From: Candidatus Omnitrophota bacterium
Lineage (GTDB): Bacteria; Omnitrophota; Gorgyraeia; Gygaellales; Profunditerraquicolaceae
Length of the DNA stretch: 64,000 nucleotides
NCBI GenBank assembly: GCA_035402765.1
Contig: DAONDX010000003.1
Span: forward strand, 50,682-114,681
Direction: 5' to 3'
In this document: positions 17,207 to 26,497 of the stretch, piece after piece
How positions within the stretch are numbered: the stretch's first letter is position 1
Layout of the letters: each line of letters begins with the position of its first letter
Position numbers and translations under genes: made by a program
Notes under the pieces: generated by a model
Database searches by the model: none
What the model saw: only the letters and a program-made list of their open reading frames with translations
Told to the model about the DNA's origin: nothing

Positions 17207-17943
17207 ATACGTTCTCCCAATGAATTAAGCGCGGTTAAAACTTGCGCATCTGTTTTTAGGTCAAAAATTGAACCACCCTGTAAACTTAAACGTTCAAGTT
17301 CCGGAGAAACCGGTAACTTACCTAAAAGTTCCAACCCGGCTTCTTTAATCATTTCATCCGGAATACTGTTATTAAAACGATTAATCAAAAGCAGGCTTTT
17401 CTTAATCTCTATTTTCAAGTTAGCCACTAGCTGGACAATTCTTTTAGCGGATCTTAAGCTGACCGCGGTAGCATCCGATACTACAATCATCATATCCGCC
17501 TGAGGCGTAGTGCGTCTGGACAAATGCTCTAATCCGGCTTCATTATCCACAATAATATAATCATAATCTTTGGTCAACTTAACAATTAGCCCGCGTAAAA
17601 TGTTATTGACATAACAATAACAACCCGGACCCTCGGGTTTACCCATATTTAACAGGTCAAAACCATCCTCTTCCTGAATGGCTGCCTGCACCTGGTGTTG
17701 AATAAAACGCTCCTTAGTCATCCCCGCCGGGATCTTGTCCGGGTTAACCGATAGATTATCGAGAATATCACCTACCGCCCGGCCCGGTTTTACTCCGAGC
17801 GTTTCACCTAAATTACTATTAGGATCCGCATCAATGGCTAACACCGAACCTGATTTCCGTTCTTTTAAAACACGCACAATTAAAGCCGCGATCGTAGTTT
17901 TACCAGTGCCACCCTTACCGGCTAAAGCAATAACATATCCCAT
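17191..17943 (-). CDS. cooC: CooC/AcsF nickel-insertion ATPase
   Basis: GKGGTGKTT, IDADPNSNL, EGPGCYCYVN and DNEAGLEHLSRRT motifs. Confidence 0.92.
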   Translation of the reverse strand: MGYVIALAGKGGTGKTTIAALIVRVLKERKSGSVLAIDADPNSNLGETLGVKPGRAVGDILDNLSVNPDKIPAGMTKERFIQHQVQAAIQEEDGFDLLNMGKPEGPGCYCYVNNILRGLIVKLTKDYDYIIVDNEAGLEHLSRRTTPQADMMIVVSDATAVSLRSAKRIVQLVANLKIEIKKSLLLINRFNNSIPDEMIKEAGLELLGKLPVSPELERLSLQGGSIFDLKTDAQVLTALNSLGERIWMHH

Positions 17944-19869
17944 TTAAAATCCCACCGAAGGAAATTTGGTTAAATCCGTATGCGGAAAAAATAAGGCCTG
18001 GCCATATTCTTCCATGTACCCCGGATCAACAGATAATTCGAAATATGTAATCTTGGAAGCCAAAGCATCGGCCAATTCCATCGCCTGACTGGATAAAAGT
18101 GTTTCCCGGGCACCGGCCAAAGAGCTATTTCCGATAAAAACAAATTTAGTCAGCGGTAAATCCGGCAATAACCCGATATTAATAGCGTGCTCAATATCCA
18201 AATACGTGCCAAAGCCTCCGGCGATAAAAATCTTGGAAATTTCTAAAAATCCCAGGCCCAAATGCTCAACTAAAATCGAGGTTGCTGAATAGATCGCCGC
18301 TTTAGAACGTTTAAGATTTTCAATGTCTGCCTCGTTGATCACAATATCAGCTTGAGCCTGGATATCTTCTTTAAAACAAACTACAAATTCACGGCCGTTA
18401 TCGGTTGAACGGATCCGCTTACCGGTAGCTTTAATTTTTCCGCCTTTATCAATTATCCCGGAGCTTAGCATTTCACTTAATAAATCGATGTAACCTGAAC
18501 CGCAGATCCCCCGCGGCGGTTTATCCTGGATGGTAGAATATTTAACGCTAAAATCATTTTTATCAATACTGACTCTTTGGATCGCTCCGCTAGAGGCACG
18601 CATACCGCTAGTTACGCCACTGCCTTCAAAAGCCGGGCCCGCGGATGCCGCGCAAGCTACCAAAAAATCACGGTTGCCTAAGACGATCTCCCCGTTGGTT
18701 CCGATATCGATCAAAATGCAAGATTGTTCTTTTTGATAGATACCGCTGGATAAAATACCGGCAGTAGTATCGCCTCCCACATAGCTGGAAACTCCGGGGA
18801 CACAACTTAACAGCCCCCGGGGATTAATATTTATTCCGGCCTCGGCAGCCCGGAATACCGGAATAAAATTTGCCGTCGGGACATAAGGCTGGCGCCGGAT
18901 ATGCGCCGGATCCATACTTAAGAGCAGATGGATCATCGTAGTATTGCCTGAGCAAACAACACAATTAACATCATTAAGATCAACCTGATGTTCGCCGGTT
19001 AATTCTTTAATAATCTGGTTCATGGTATCCGAAACAGCGTTGTGCAATTTTTCTAAACCGTCAGTTTTAGCAGCATAAACGATGCGGGTAATTACATCGC
19101 TGCCAAAAGCCGCCTGTTGATTATAGGTAGCCTTGGTCCCGAGAATCTTTTTTGAATTCAAGTTTACCAATTGCCCGGAAATAGTTGTCGTACCGATATC
19201 AAAACAAAACCCGAAATTATTATCCGTCGTGTCGCCCGGCTCAATTAAAACAATTTCCACGGCATCATCGCGCCGGGCCAAAGTTACCGTGACTTTCCAG
19301 GAATAATCCCGCAATAATTCACCGAGCTGGCGGATATTAAACAGACCCGTAGTGATTCTCGGAAATTCTCCTAAAACCCGCAGGGCCCGGTATAATCTCT
19401 CCAGATCGCTGATACTGTCATTAAGCGTAGGCTCGGGTAATTCCAGATATATTTTTGTGGCAAACGGGGAATGTTTAAAAAGTTCTTCTTCCGGACTTGT
19501 TTTTAGCGGATGCACATCCTCTGCTTTAGAGTACAGGCCGCTTAACCGTTCTTCCAGTTCATCCGGAGTAAGTTTGTCAAAATTAATCCGGGAACTATCC
19601 GGAATCAAAACCTCCAAATCACTGTGTACCGTAGTTAGACAAGCCAGGTAAACATTATTCTTTTTCTCTTGCGCGGTAATTATACCGTTTGGCTGGCTAT
19701 TAACTTTGCCCTGTTTAACAATCACTTTACAGCGGCCGCAAATCCCATCTCCCCCGCAATTAGAATTAAGGCTTACCCCGGCAGATATAGCCGCGCCAAG
19801 TATCGTCTTATCCTGTTCCACGGTAACTGACAAATTATCCGGAATAAATGTAACTTTAAACTTTTGCAT
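17944..19869 (-). CDS. acsV: Reductive activator of corrinoid protein (RACo/AcsV: 2Fe-2S ferredoxin plus ASKHA domain)
   Basis: CGGDGICGRC...LAC, DIGTTT, DIGTNGEI, SAGPAFEG, GICGSG and GNSSLAGA motifs. Confidence 0.9.
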   Translation of the reverse strand: MQKFKVTFIPDNLSVTVEQDKTILGAAISAGVSLNSNCGGDGICGRCKVIVKQGKVNSQPNGIITAQEKKNNVYLACLTTVHSDLEVLIPDSSRINFDKLTPDELEERLSGLYSKAEDVHPLKTSPEEELFKHSPFATKIYLELPEPTLNDSISDLERLYRALRVLGEFPRITTGLFNIRQLGELLRDYSWKVTVTLARRDDAVEIVLIEPGDTTDNNFGFCFDIGTTTISGQLVNLNSKKILGTKATYNQQAAFGSDVITRIVYAAKTDGLEKLHNAVSDTMNQIIKELTGEHQVDLNDVNCVVCSGNTTMIHLLLSMDPAHIRRQPYVPTANFIPVFRAAEAGININPRGLLSCVPGVSSYVGGDTTAGILSSGIYQKEQSCILIDIGTNGEIVLGNRDFLVACAASAGPAFEGSGVTSGMRASSGAIQRVSIDKNDFSVKYSTIQDKPPRGICGSGYIDLLSEMLSSGIIDKGGKIKATGKRIRSTDNGREFVVCFKEDIQAQADIVINEADIENLKRSKAAIYSATSILVEHLGLGFLEISKIFIAGGFGTYLDIEHAINIGLLPDLPLTKFVFIGNSSLAGARETLLSSQAMELADALASKITYFELSVDPGYMEEYGQALFFPHTDLTKFPSVGF

Positions 19870-19882
19870 AGGTAAAATAAAT

Positions 19883-21214
19883 TTAATTAAGATTCTTCAA
19901 AAATGCGGGGATACCGGCCGCTTCTTTAGGACCGACGATAATTTTGAAACCGGACTGGTCTTCCAGGTCGCCGCTAATCATCGCCACATAACCCGGAATG
20001 ACTAAATTCTTATGCTTAATTATTTCTTTAACCCCGCAGGCGGATAATGATTTAGTAATCGCTTCCGCGTTAAATTTCTCCGCGGCCCAAGCGGTAAGTA
20101 CTGACATCCCTTGCGTATCTACGCTTAAGATATAGGCGGGTATTTTGCTTGTCTCCACCTCTCCTAAAACAGTATAATAGGTTAAAGAAAAATTTGTCGT
20201 AACCAAGAGCGGGGAATCCTGGCTGACCTTACCGATAGAATAAAGTTTAGGATCGATTTGCAGAGGTTTTTGCGGATCAGTATAAATATTTTGCCTTAAA
20301 GTTAAAATCGCCAGAACCTCCCAGGCAGAAAAACCTCTGATCAGAACGATCCCGGCATATTTAGCGATATAAGCGCTTGCTTCCATAGCCTCTTCATAAG
20401 GATCAGTTTTTTCTACAATCGCCAGGCTGGGATAGCCTAATGCGCGATTGGATTTTTTAAGCGCCTGGCGGCGTAACTGGGTTAAATCCCAAATTTTATC
20501 CGTGATGGGTTTTACCCCTGAATCTAAAATCAGATCCTTGACCCCCAAGTTGTTCAATTCTTTGGCCAGCTGGCCTAATTGAACAATATCCTGCGCAACT
20601 ACCACCAGAGGCAGCTGGAATTCTTTAGCGATGGAGGCGATTTGAGTAAAATTATCCTGATTTGCCCCGTAAAGCAAAGGCTTGCGCTTTTGACTGATTA
20701 TTACCGCTTCTTTTAAAGTGGGCAAATCGCTGCTGATCAACATCAGCGGTAAAACGGTATTATCCATAACCAATTTGGTGGCTTGCAAAAACCTTCCGGC
20801 ATCCTTGCTCTGTTCTAATGCCACCAAATTCACGTTAAGCTCCTGGCCGACCCGCTCAAATTTTAATTGATTAATTTTAGAAAGCCGGTCTTTTATTTCA
20901 TTATCACTAAGATCGGCATTAATAATAAATCCCAACCCCGCAGGATTACGGAATTTTTCTTCATGCCTATACATAACCGTTTCGTTACCAATATCAAATT
21001 TTGATTCATTACTGCCTAAAGTAATCAATTTAATTGCCGGCATGGCCTGCTCTTCCAGGGTATTTTTAGCTTCCGGGGAGATAAAGGGACATTTATCGAT
21101 GGGCAGTGTCTTTTTCGCCAGCTGCATGGCAAAAGCCAAACAAGTAGCCAACCCGCATTGACGGCAATTTGTCTTAGGTAATAACTTGTAGATATCCAAA
21201 CCTGAAAGTGCCAT
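19883..21214 (-). CDS. acsC: Corrinoid Fe-S protein large subunit (gamma)
   Basis: LPKTNCRQCGLATCLAFA, IYTDPQKP, TTNFSLTYY and SVLTAWAA motifs. Confidence 0.95.
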   Translation of the reverse strand: MALSGLDIYKLLPKTNCRQCGLATCLAFAMQLAKKTLPIDKCPFISPEAKNTLEEQAMPAIKLITLGSNESKFDIGNETVMYRHEEKFRNPAGLGFIINADLSDNEIKDRLSKINQLKFERVGQELNVNLVALEQSKDAGRFLQATKLVMDNTVLPLMLISSDLPTLKEAVIISQKRKPLLYGANQDNFTQIASIAKEFQLPLVVVAQDIVQLGQLAKELNNLGVKDLILDSGVKPITDKIWDLTQLRRQALKKSNRALGYPSLAIVEKTDPYEEAMEASAYIAKYAGIVLIRGFSAWEVLAILTLRQNIYTDPQKPLQIDPKLYSIGKVSQDSPLLVTTNFSLTYYTVLGEVETSKIPAYILSVDTQGMSVLTAWAAEKFNAEAITKSLSACGVKEIIKHKNLVIPGYVAMISGDLEDQSGFKIIVGPKEAAGIPAFLKNLN

Positions 21215-21269
21215 AATTCCTTTCTTTTCCGCAAAGCGCCCGCGGTACTACTCTAATATGAGCAAACAC

Positions 21270-21953
21270 TTACTTCTGTCGCCGGGTATTATTGATCAAA
21301 CTTGCAAAGTATCCGGCTCCAAATCCATTATCAATGTTAACTACGCTGACTCCCGGAGAACAACCGTTGAGCATCGTCAGCAAAGCCGCCAGGCCGGAAA
21401 AACTTGATCCATACCCGCAGCTGGTCGGTACCGCCACAATCGGCGCTTTGACTAATCCGCTGACTAAACTAGCCAACGCCCCTTCCATACCGGCTACTAC
21501 TACGATCACTTGAGCTTTTTTTAATTTATCAAGGTTTTTCATCAAACGGTGTACGCCGGCCACACCTACGTCATAAAGCTTATCCACCCGATTACCCATA
21601 ATCTTCAAGGTTTGTACCGCTTCTTCAGCCACCGGAATATCAGCAGTTCCGGCAGAAACTACCAGCACTAAACCTTGCGCTAAAGATTTTGGCTTATTTA
21701 AATAGTAACCGATTTTTGCCAAGGAGTTATATTTTAAGGCAGGGATGCTCTTTTTTAAATAAGAAAACGCGCTTTTATCCAGTTTGGTTAAAAGTAAATC
21801 TTGTTTAGCAGCAACTATTCTTTTAGCAATCCCTTTTAGATGCGGGCGTTCTTTACCCGGGCAATAAATGACTTCGGCAAATCCTTTGCGGTTTTCTCTG
21901 TCGGTATCAATTTTCGCAAACCCTAAATCACAGAATCCTTTGCCGGATGTCAT
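21270..21953 (-). CDS. larB: LarB (nickel-pincer cofactor biosynthesis, PurE-like carboxylase)
   Basis: EVIYCPGK, SAGTADIPVAEEA, DVGVAGVHRL, AGMEGAL and VVNIDNGFGA motifs. Confidence 0.93.
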   Translation of the reverse strand: MTSGKGFCDLGFAKIDTDRENRKGFAEVIYCPGKERPHLKGIAKRIVAAKQDLLLTKLDKSAFSYLKKSIPALKYNSLAKIGYYLNKPKSLAQGLVLVVSAGTADIPVAEEAVQTLKIMGNRVDKLYDVGVAGVHRLMKNLDKLKKAQVIVVVAGMEGALASLVSGLVKAPIVAVPTSCGYGSSFSGLAALLTMLNGCSPGVSVVNIDNGFGAGYFASLINNTRRQK

Positions 21954-21957
21954 CGCT

Positions 21958-22269
21958 TTATAAACCCCGGTAAACCAAATATCCCAAAAGGATAATAAAA
22001 ATCAGGGCAAAGATATAAAAATCGTTAAAATAAAAAAAATCGCCGATACTGCTGCCTAAACTTTCAGATTCTCCTTTAGCCGGTCCGGGTTTTAAATGAC
22101 CTTGTTTCTTTTTATATTGTTCGACTTGTTCCTTTTTGAATCTCAAATATACTCCGCCTACCTTATAACCCGGGATGACCCCGCTTTCGGTCAAATCCAA
22201 AACATCTTTTTCCGACACCCCCAGCATAATTGAAACATCCCTGACAGTAAGCATTTTTTCTTCAGTCAT
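21958..22269 (-). CDS. Excisionase/MerR-like HTH protein with C-terminal TM anchor
   Basis: MLTVRDVSIMLGVS...IPGYKVGGVYLRFKKEQV followed by the hydrophobic tail FYIFALIFIILLGYLVY. Confidence 0.8.
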   Translation of the reverse strand: MTEEKMLTVRDVSIMLGVSEKDVLDLTESGVIPGYKVGGVYLRFKKEQVEQYKKKQGHLKPGPAKGESESLGSSIGDFFYFNDFYIFALIFIILLGYLVYRGL

Positions 22270-22373
22270 TTTAAACTCAAGCGGCCTTGGCTTCCGGTAT
22301 TTTTTTTAACCAGATGCGGTATCCACTAATACGAATTCAGTTTTTATAATTAAATCCCGAAGTTTTTTCCGGC

Positions 22374-22877
22374 TTATTTTGCGATTTTGCCAGAAGCCAC
22401 CCAGGAATCTATCGCTTTACGCTCGAATTTCCAATCATTATTTTCTTTACTGGCCGGAACTTTTCCTGAATTGGCCCATTCCATAATCGAACTTAATTCT
22501 ACTTCCAGATATTTAGCCAATTGTTCGGAATTAAGAAAATCATGCAACATAGTACATTGTCCCTCAAAAACTGCCCCTTCGGCAATATTAAGCTTAGCCG
22601 GATAAATATGCCCCTCCACTATCGCCTGAGGAAGCAGGGTAAGCCTTTCTTTAGCCGTAATTTTCCCTTTGACCCGGCCGCCAATAATAATATTATCTCC
22701 GACGATATCGGCGTTAATTGCCGCAGTAGTCCCGATCGTCAAATTACCCCGGGTATCCAGGTTCCCCTCAAATTTACCGTTGATCCGCAGATTAACCGGA
22801 TCTTTAAAGGTTAAGGTCCCCTGCATAGCAGCATCGACATCCAATGTTTTTTCTTCTAAATTCTTTTTAAATGCCAT
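22374..22877 (-). CDS. Bactofilin (CcmA) domain fused to an excisionase-like HTH
   Basis: Beta-helix repeats LRINGKFEGNL, IIIGGRVKGKI and LNIAEGAVFEGQC, then FLNSEQLAKYLEVELSSIMEWANSGKVPASK...WKFERKAIDSW. Confidence 0.85.
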   Translation of the reverse strand: MAFKKNLEEKTLDVDAAMQGTLTFKDPVNLRINGKFEGNLDTRGNLTIGTTAAINADIVGDNIIIGGRVKGKITAKERLTLLPQAIVEGHIYPAKLNIAEGAVFEGQCTMLHDFLNSEQLAKYLEVELSSIMEWANSGKVPASKENNDWKFERKAIDSWVASGKIAK

Positions 22878-23313
22878 GTTTACCCTCCTTTGAAAGTGGT
22901 GTTTCTACATAGCGTAAAAGGTATAAAACGAACCAAACGAGTAACGTGGCAAAAGCGGCGATTTTAATAAAACCCACACCAACTGCTAAACCAATCCCTG
23001 CCGCCACCCAAAGGCTCGCCGCAGTAGTCAGGCCCCGGATTCCGTCAGATTCACGCATAATCGCACCGGCACCCAAAAAACCAATACCGGTAACTACTCC
23101 GGCAGCAATCCGCGCCGGATCTAAAGCCACCTGATCTTTATATATATCAAAAACATACAAAGATGTCAACATGATAAGGCAACTGCCTAAAGCGACTAAT
23201 ATATGTGTGCGCAAACCGGCATCTCTGCGATGCACCTGCCTCTCCAAACCGATAAATCCGCTTAAAATTAAAGTTACCAATAAACGCATAACCATTTGTA
23301 AATCTGTAGGCAT
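22867..23313 (-). CDS. MgtC/SapB family membrane protein (N-terminal domain only)
   Basis: IGLERQ, AGLRTH, DPARIAAGVVTGIGFLGAG and GLTTAASLW motifs. Confidence 0.92.
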   Translation of the reverse strand: MPTDLQMVMRLLVTLILSGFIGLERQVHRRDAGLRTHILVALGSCLIMLTSLYVFDIYKDQVALDPARIAAGVVTGIGFLGAGAIMRESDGIRGLTTAASLWVAAGIGLAVGVGFIKIAAFATLLVWFVLYLLRYVETPLSKEGKHGI

Positions 23314-23325
23314 CTTCTCCTCCTG

Positions 23326-23394
23326 GTCTACCTAGACGGCACCGACCTAATTCGCCAAACGGCCGAATGACAGTCCATCTTGTTATGCCGGTGC
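23326..23394 (-). repeat. Hairpin plus GTCTAGGTAGAC motif, copy upstream of mgtC
   Basis: Plus strand GTCTACCTAGAC-G-GCACCG...CGGTGC; on the minus strand it is followed by the SD AGGAGGAG. Confidence 0.7.
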
Positions 23395-23422
23395 AATTCC
23401 CTTTAGCTCCGGATGATAGTAA

Positions 23423-24397
23423 TTAAACATTAAGATAAAGATCACTTCGAACGCCACGCTGATAAAGATACCCGCCTAATCCGGCAACCATCGCAGCATT
23501 ATCCATGCATAAATTAAACTCCGGAAAAAAACAGTTCACTCCTTCGGCCTTAGCACAAGCATAGAATTTCTTACGTAATTCCTGATTAGCGGACACCCCT
23601 CCGCCGATTAAAAGCTGTTTAACTGAGTTTTGTTTACAAGCCAGCAAGGATTTCTTAATTAAAACGTTGAAGGCGCTCTCTTGAAAAGAGGCAGCCAGGT
23701 CATTTTTCATTTTGATCCCGGATTTTTTGCCTTTTAGATAATATAAAACCGCGGTCTTTATGCCGCTAAAACTAAAATCCAACTCCCTGTTCATCCCGGA
23801 ACAAGCAAATTTAATTTTATGCCGGTTGCCGGATTTAGCCATTTTTTCAATTAATGGACCTCCGGGATAACCCAATCCCATAATTTTAGCCACCTTATCA
23901 AAAGCCTCCCCGCAAGCATCATCTAAAGTTTGCCCCAAAACCTTAAATTTAGAAAAATCTTTTACATAAAAAAGTGAGGTATGCCCTCCGGAAACAACTA
24001 AAGCTACCGCCGGTAATTTTATTTTCTCATGGCAAAGGTAATTAGCATAAACATGCCCGAAGATATGATTGACCCCCAAAATAGGCCTATTTAAAGACAG
24101 GGCCAACGCTTTGGCAAAAGCCACCCCCACGATCAATGAACCCGGCAACCCCGGATGCGTGGTGACCGAGATTAAATCAATCTGCTCAGGTTTTATTTTG
24201 GCAATTTTAAGCGCTTCAGCGAATACCCCGGCTATGCTTTCCAGCTGCATCCGCGAAGCGATCTCAGGAATTACCCCGCCGTGGCAGCTATGCAATTTCA
24301 GGCTGGTGGCCACGACATCCGCTAAAACTTTTTTTCCATCTTTAACAATCGCCACCCCGGTTTCATCGCAGGAGCTTTCCACTCCCAAAACCATCAT
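23423..24397 (-). CDS. tsaD: tRNA threonylcarbamoyltransferase TsaD
   Basis: LGVESSCDETG, GGVIPEIASR, HxxGH, VSGGHT, DDACGEAFDKVA and DNAAM motifs. Confidence 0.96.
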   Translation of the reverse strand: MMVLGVESSCDETGVAIVKDGKKVLADVVATSLKLHSCHGGVIPEIASRMQLESIAGVFAEALKIAKIKPEQIDLISVTTHPGLPGSLIVGVAFAKALALSLNRPILGVNHIFGHVYANYLCHEKIKLPAVALVVSGGHTSLFYVKDFSKFKVLGQTLDDACGEAFDKVAKIMGLGYPGGPLIEKMAKSGNRHKIKFACSGMNRELDFSFSGIKTAVLYYLKGKKSGIKMKNDLAASFQESAFNVLIKKSLLACKQNSVKQLLIGGGVSANQELRKKFYACAKAEGVNCFFPEFNLCMDNAAMVAGLGGYLYQRGVRSDLYLNV

Positions 24398-25194
24398 TCT
24401 AGCACCTGCGAAAGTAAAACAAATTTATAACCTTCTTTTTCCATCTGAGGAAGCATAGTTTTTAATACCAGCAGGGTATTCTTACGGTCATGACCGATCC
24501 CCACGGCAGTACCCTGCCTCCTGGCTAAATTCTTCAGCTTTAACAGCTGACCTTTAATATATTCAAAATCATTTTGATTATCCAAAAAAACATCCCGTTT
24601 GGCAAATGGAATTTTCATTTTTTCAGCCAAAATCTGACCCAAGGATGCATTAGTCACAAAACTATCAAAAAAATAAAGTTTCCGTCTTTTTACTTCCGCC
24701 AGCACCAAAGCGCAAGCTTTTTGATCTTCGGTAATCCGCGATCCCATGTGGTTAGATACCCCTTTGGCTAAATTAATATCGCCTAAATCTCGGTCAAAAA
24801 TATCCCGGATCTGACCGGCATTCATCTTGGCAGTAATCGTATCTTTTTCCAGATTATACTTTTCTTTCGGCTCCATCGGCAAATGTAAGATTATTTCGAA
24901 ACCTAAATCGTTTAATTTTTGCATGACCGTATTGGAATTTTTTAATCCCGGTAAAATCGCGCAGGTCAAAGGCTGCCGGATTTGCCCGGCGGCAGGCAGA
25001 TTATTCAAACTATACCCCCAATCATCAATTACAATCGCAATCCGTCCGCGGGTTAATTGCGCCTTTTTAACCAAAGCTTTTTTTACCGGCGGTTTTTTTA
25101 CCGGAGGTTTTCTATGCACCGGCGGCAAAATAAGAGCAATAAATACCAATAAAACAAAAATAATCCCCACCACTTCAAAACTTTTATTTTTCAT
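24394..25194 (-). CDS. Divergent polysaccharide deacetylase (YibQ family)
   Basis: N-terminal TM; IAIVIDDWG, LHLPMEP, NHMGS, RDVFLDN and GIGH motifs. Confidence 0.92.
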   Translation of the reverse strand: MKNKSFEVVGIIFVLLVFIALILPPVHRKPPVKKPPVKKALVKKAQLTRGRIAIVIDDWGYSLNNLPAAGQIRQPLTCAILPGLKNSNTVMQKLNDLGFEIILHLPMEPKEKYNLEKDTITAKMNAGQIRDIFDRDLGDINLAKGVSNHMGSRITEDQKACALVLAEVKRRKLYFFDSFVTNASLGQILAEKMKIPFAKRDVFLDNQNDFEYIKGQLLKLKNLARRQGTAVGIGHDRKNTLLVLKTMLPQMEKEGYKFVLLSQVLE

Positions 25195-25219
25195 CGATCA
25201 AAATATTATTAAATTTAAA

Positions 25220-26497
25220 TTATTTAACCTGCTTATAAATTTCAATCGCTTTCAAAGCTTCCACGGCGCGCATAAGTTGCGTATCGGTTTTATAATTGAA
25301 GTCATTTTTGGCGGGCTTATCGTTCTGTTGCATATTCTGAACTTGATCAAATATTTCATCAGAATTTTTAAGTCCTGTTTCACTAACTTTATTATCCGGG
25401 ATCTTCTTGTCTTCCACCGTAATATCCGGAGTGATCCCTTTACCCTGAATAATTTTACCGGAGGGAGTAAAATAATGGCTCGTAGTTAAGCGCAAAGCGG
25501 AACCGTCGTTTAAAGGTATAACTGTCTGTACTGACCCTTTACCAAATGATTTTTTCCCGATAATAATGGCGCGTTTGTAATCCTGTAAAGCACCGGCGAC
25601 GATTTCGCTTCCGGAAGCAGAACCCTCATTAATCAGAATTACCAAAGGCAAGTTCAGATTAGTATTCTGGTCTTCGGAGAAAAATTCAAGGTCCTGATCC
25701 TTCTGCCTGCTCTTAGTATAAGCCACCAGCTTATTGGGAGGCAGGAATTTCCCAGTCACCTTAACCGCCACATCCAGCAGGCCGCCGGGATTATTACGCA
25801 AATCGATAATCAATGACTGCATCCCCTCCTTGGAAAGAATGCTGAGAGCGTTATTTAACTCCGCCAGGGTATTTTCTCGAAACTCGCTTAAACGAATATA
25901 ACCTACTCCGGACTCCAGAATACGCACATATTTTATATCCGTAATCTTGATAATATCTCTGGTGATTTTAAACTCCAAAAGCTTTTTTTCGCTATCTCTT
26001 AATATCGTAAGATCAACCAATGTGCCGGGCTTGCCGCGCATTTTTTTTACCGCTTCCGTAAGGGACATCTCCCTGGTCAGGGCATCATTAATCTTTACGA
26101 TCCGGTCGCCGGCTTTTACCCCCGCCTTCCAAGCCGGGGTATCTTCGATCGGCGTAATCACGGTGAGTAATCCGTCTTTGATCGTGATCTCAATTCCCAA
26201 GCCGCCGAATTTACCCTGAGTATCTACTCTTAATTCCTCATAGGCTTCCGGATCCATAAACTGGCTATGCGGATCAAGCGACTCCAGCATGCCTTTTAAC
26301 GCCCCATAGATCAAATCCCTGGTTTTGGTCTCATCGACATATTCTTTTTGAACGATGGCCAGGGTATCCGAAAATATCTCTACCTGCTTATACAATTTAT
26401 CGTTATTTTTCTTTTTACTTTCAGAAAAACCTAAACGAACACCCGCCAGTACTAATACAGCAAGTAAAAAAATGAGCACGATATTTTTACGCATCAA
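25220..26497 (-). CDS. ctpA: S41 carboxyl-terminal processing protease
   Basis: LDPHS, PDZ GGLGI, DLRNNPGGLL, SASGSEIVAGAL and FGKGSVQ motifs. Confidence 0.94.
   Translation of the reverse strand: MMRKNIVLIFLLAVLVLAGVRLGFSESKKKNNDKLYKQVEIFSDTLAIVQKEYVDETKTRDLIYGALKGMLESLDPHSQFMDPEAYEELRVDTQGKFGGLGIEITIKDGLLTVITPIEDTPAWKAGVKAGDRIVKINDALTREMSLTEAVKKMRGKPGTLVDLTILRDSEKKLLEFKITRDIIKITDIKYVRILESGVGYIRLSEFRENTLAELNNALSILSKEGMQSLIIDLRNNPGGLLDVAVKVTGKFLPPNKLVAYTKSRQKDQDLEFFSEDQNTNLNLPLVILINEGSASGSEIVAGALQDYKRAIIIGKKSFGKGSVQTVIPLNDGSALRLTTSHYFTPSGKIIQGKGITPDITVEDKKIPDNKVSETGLKNSDEIFDQVQNMQQNDKPAKNDFNYKTDTQLMRAVEALKAIEIYKQVK

Noticed and set aside
21958-22877. Prophage or ICE remnant suggested by excisionase-like HTHs
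   Set aside because: There is no integrase, phage gene or att repeat nearby, and both HTHs are fused to cellular domains inside a housekeeping run.
24827-25489. 220-aa plus-strand ORF and the many other short opposite-strand ORFs in the track
   Set aside because: They are shadows of well-supported genes on the other strand and have no recognisable motifs.
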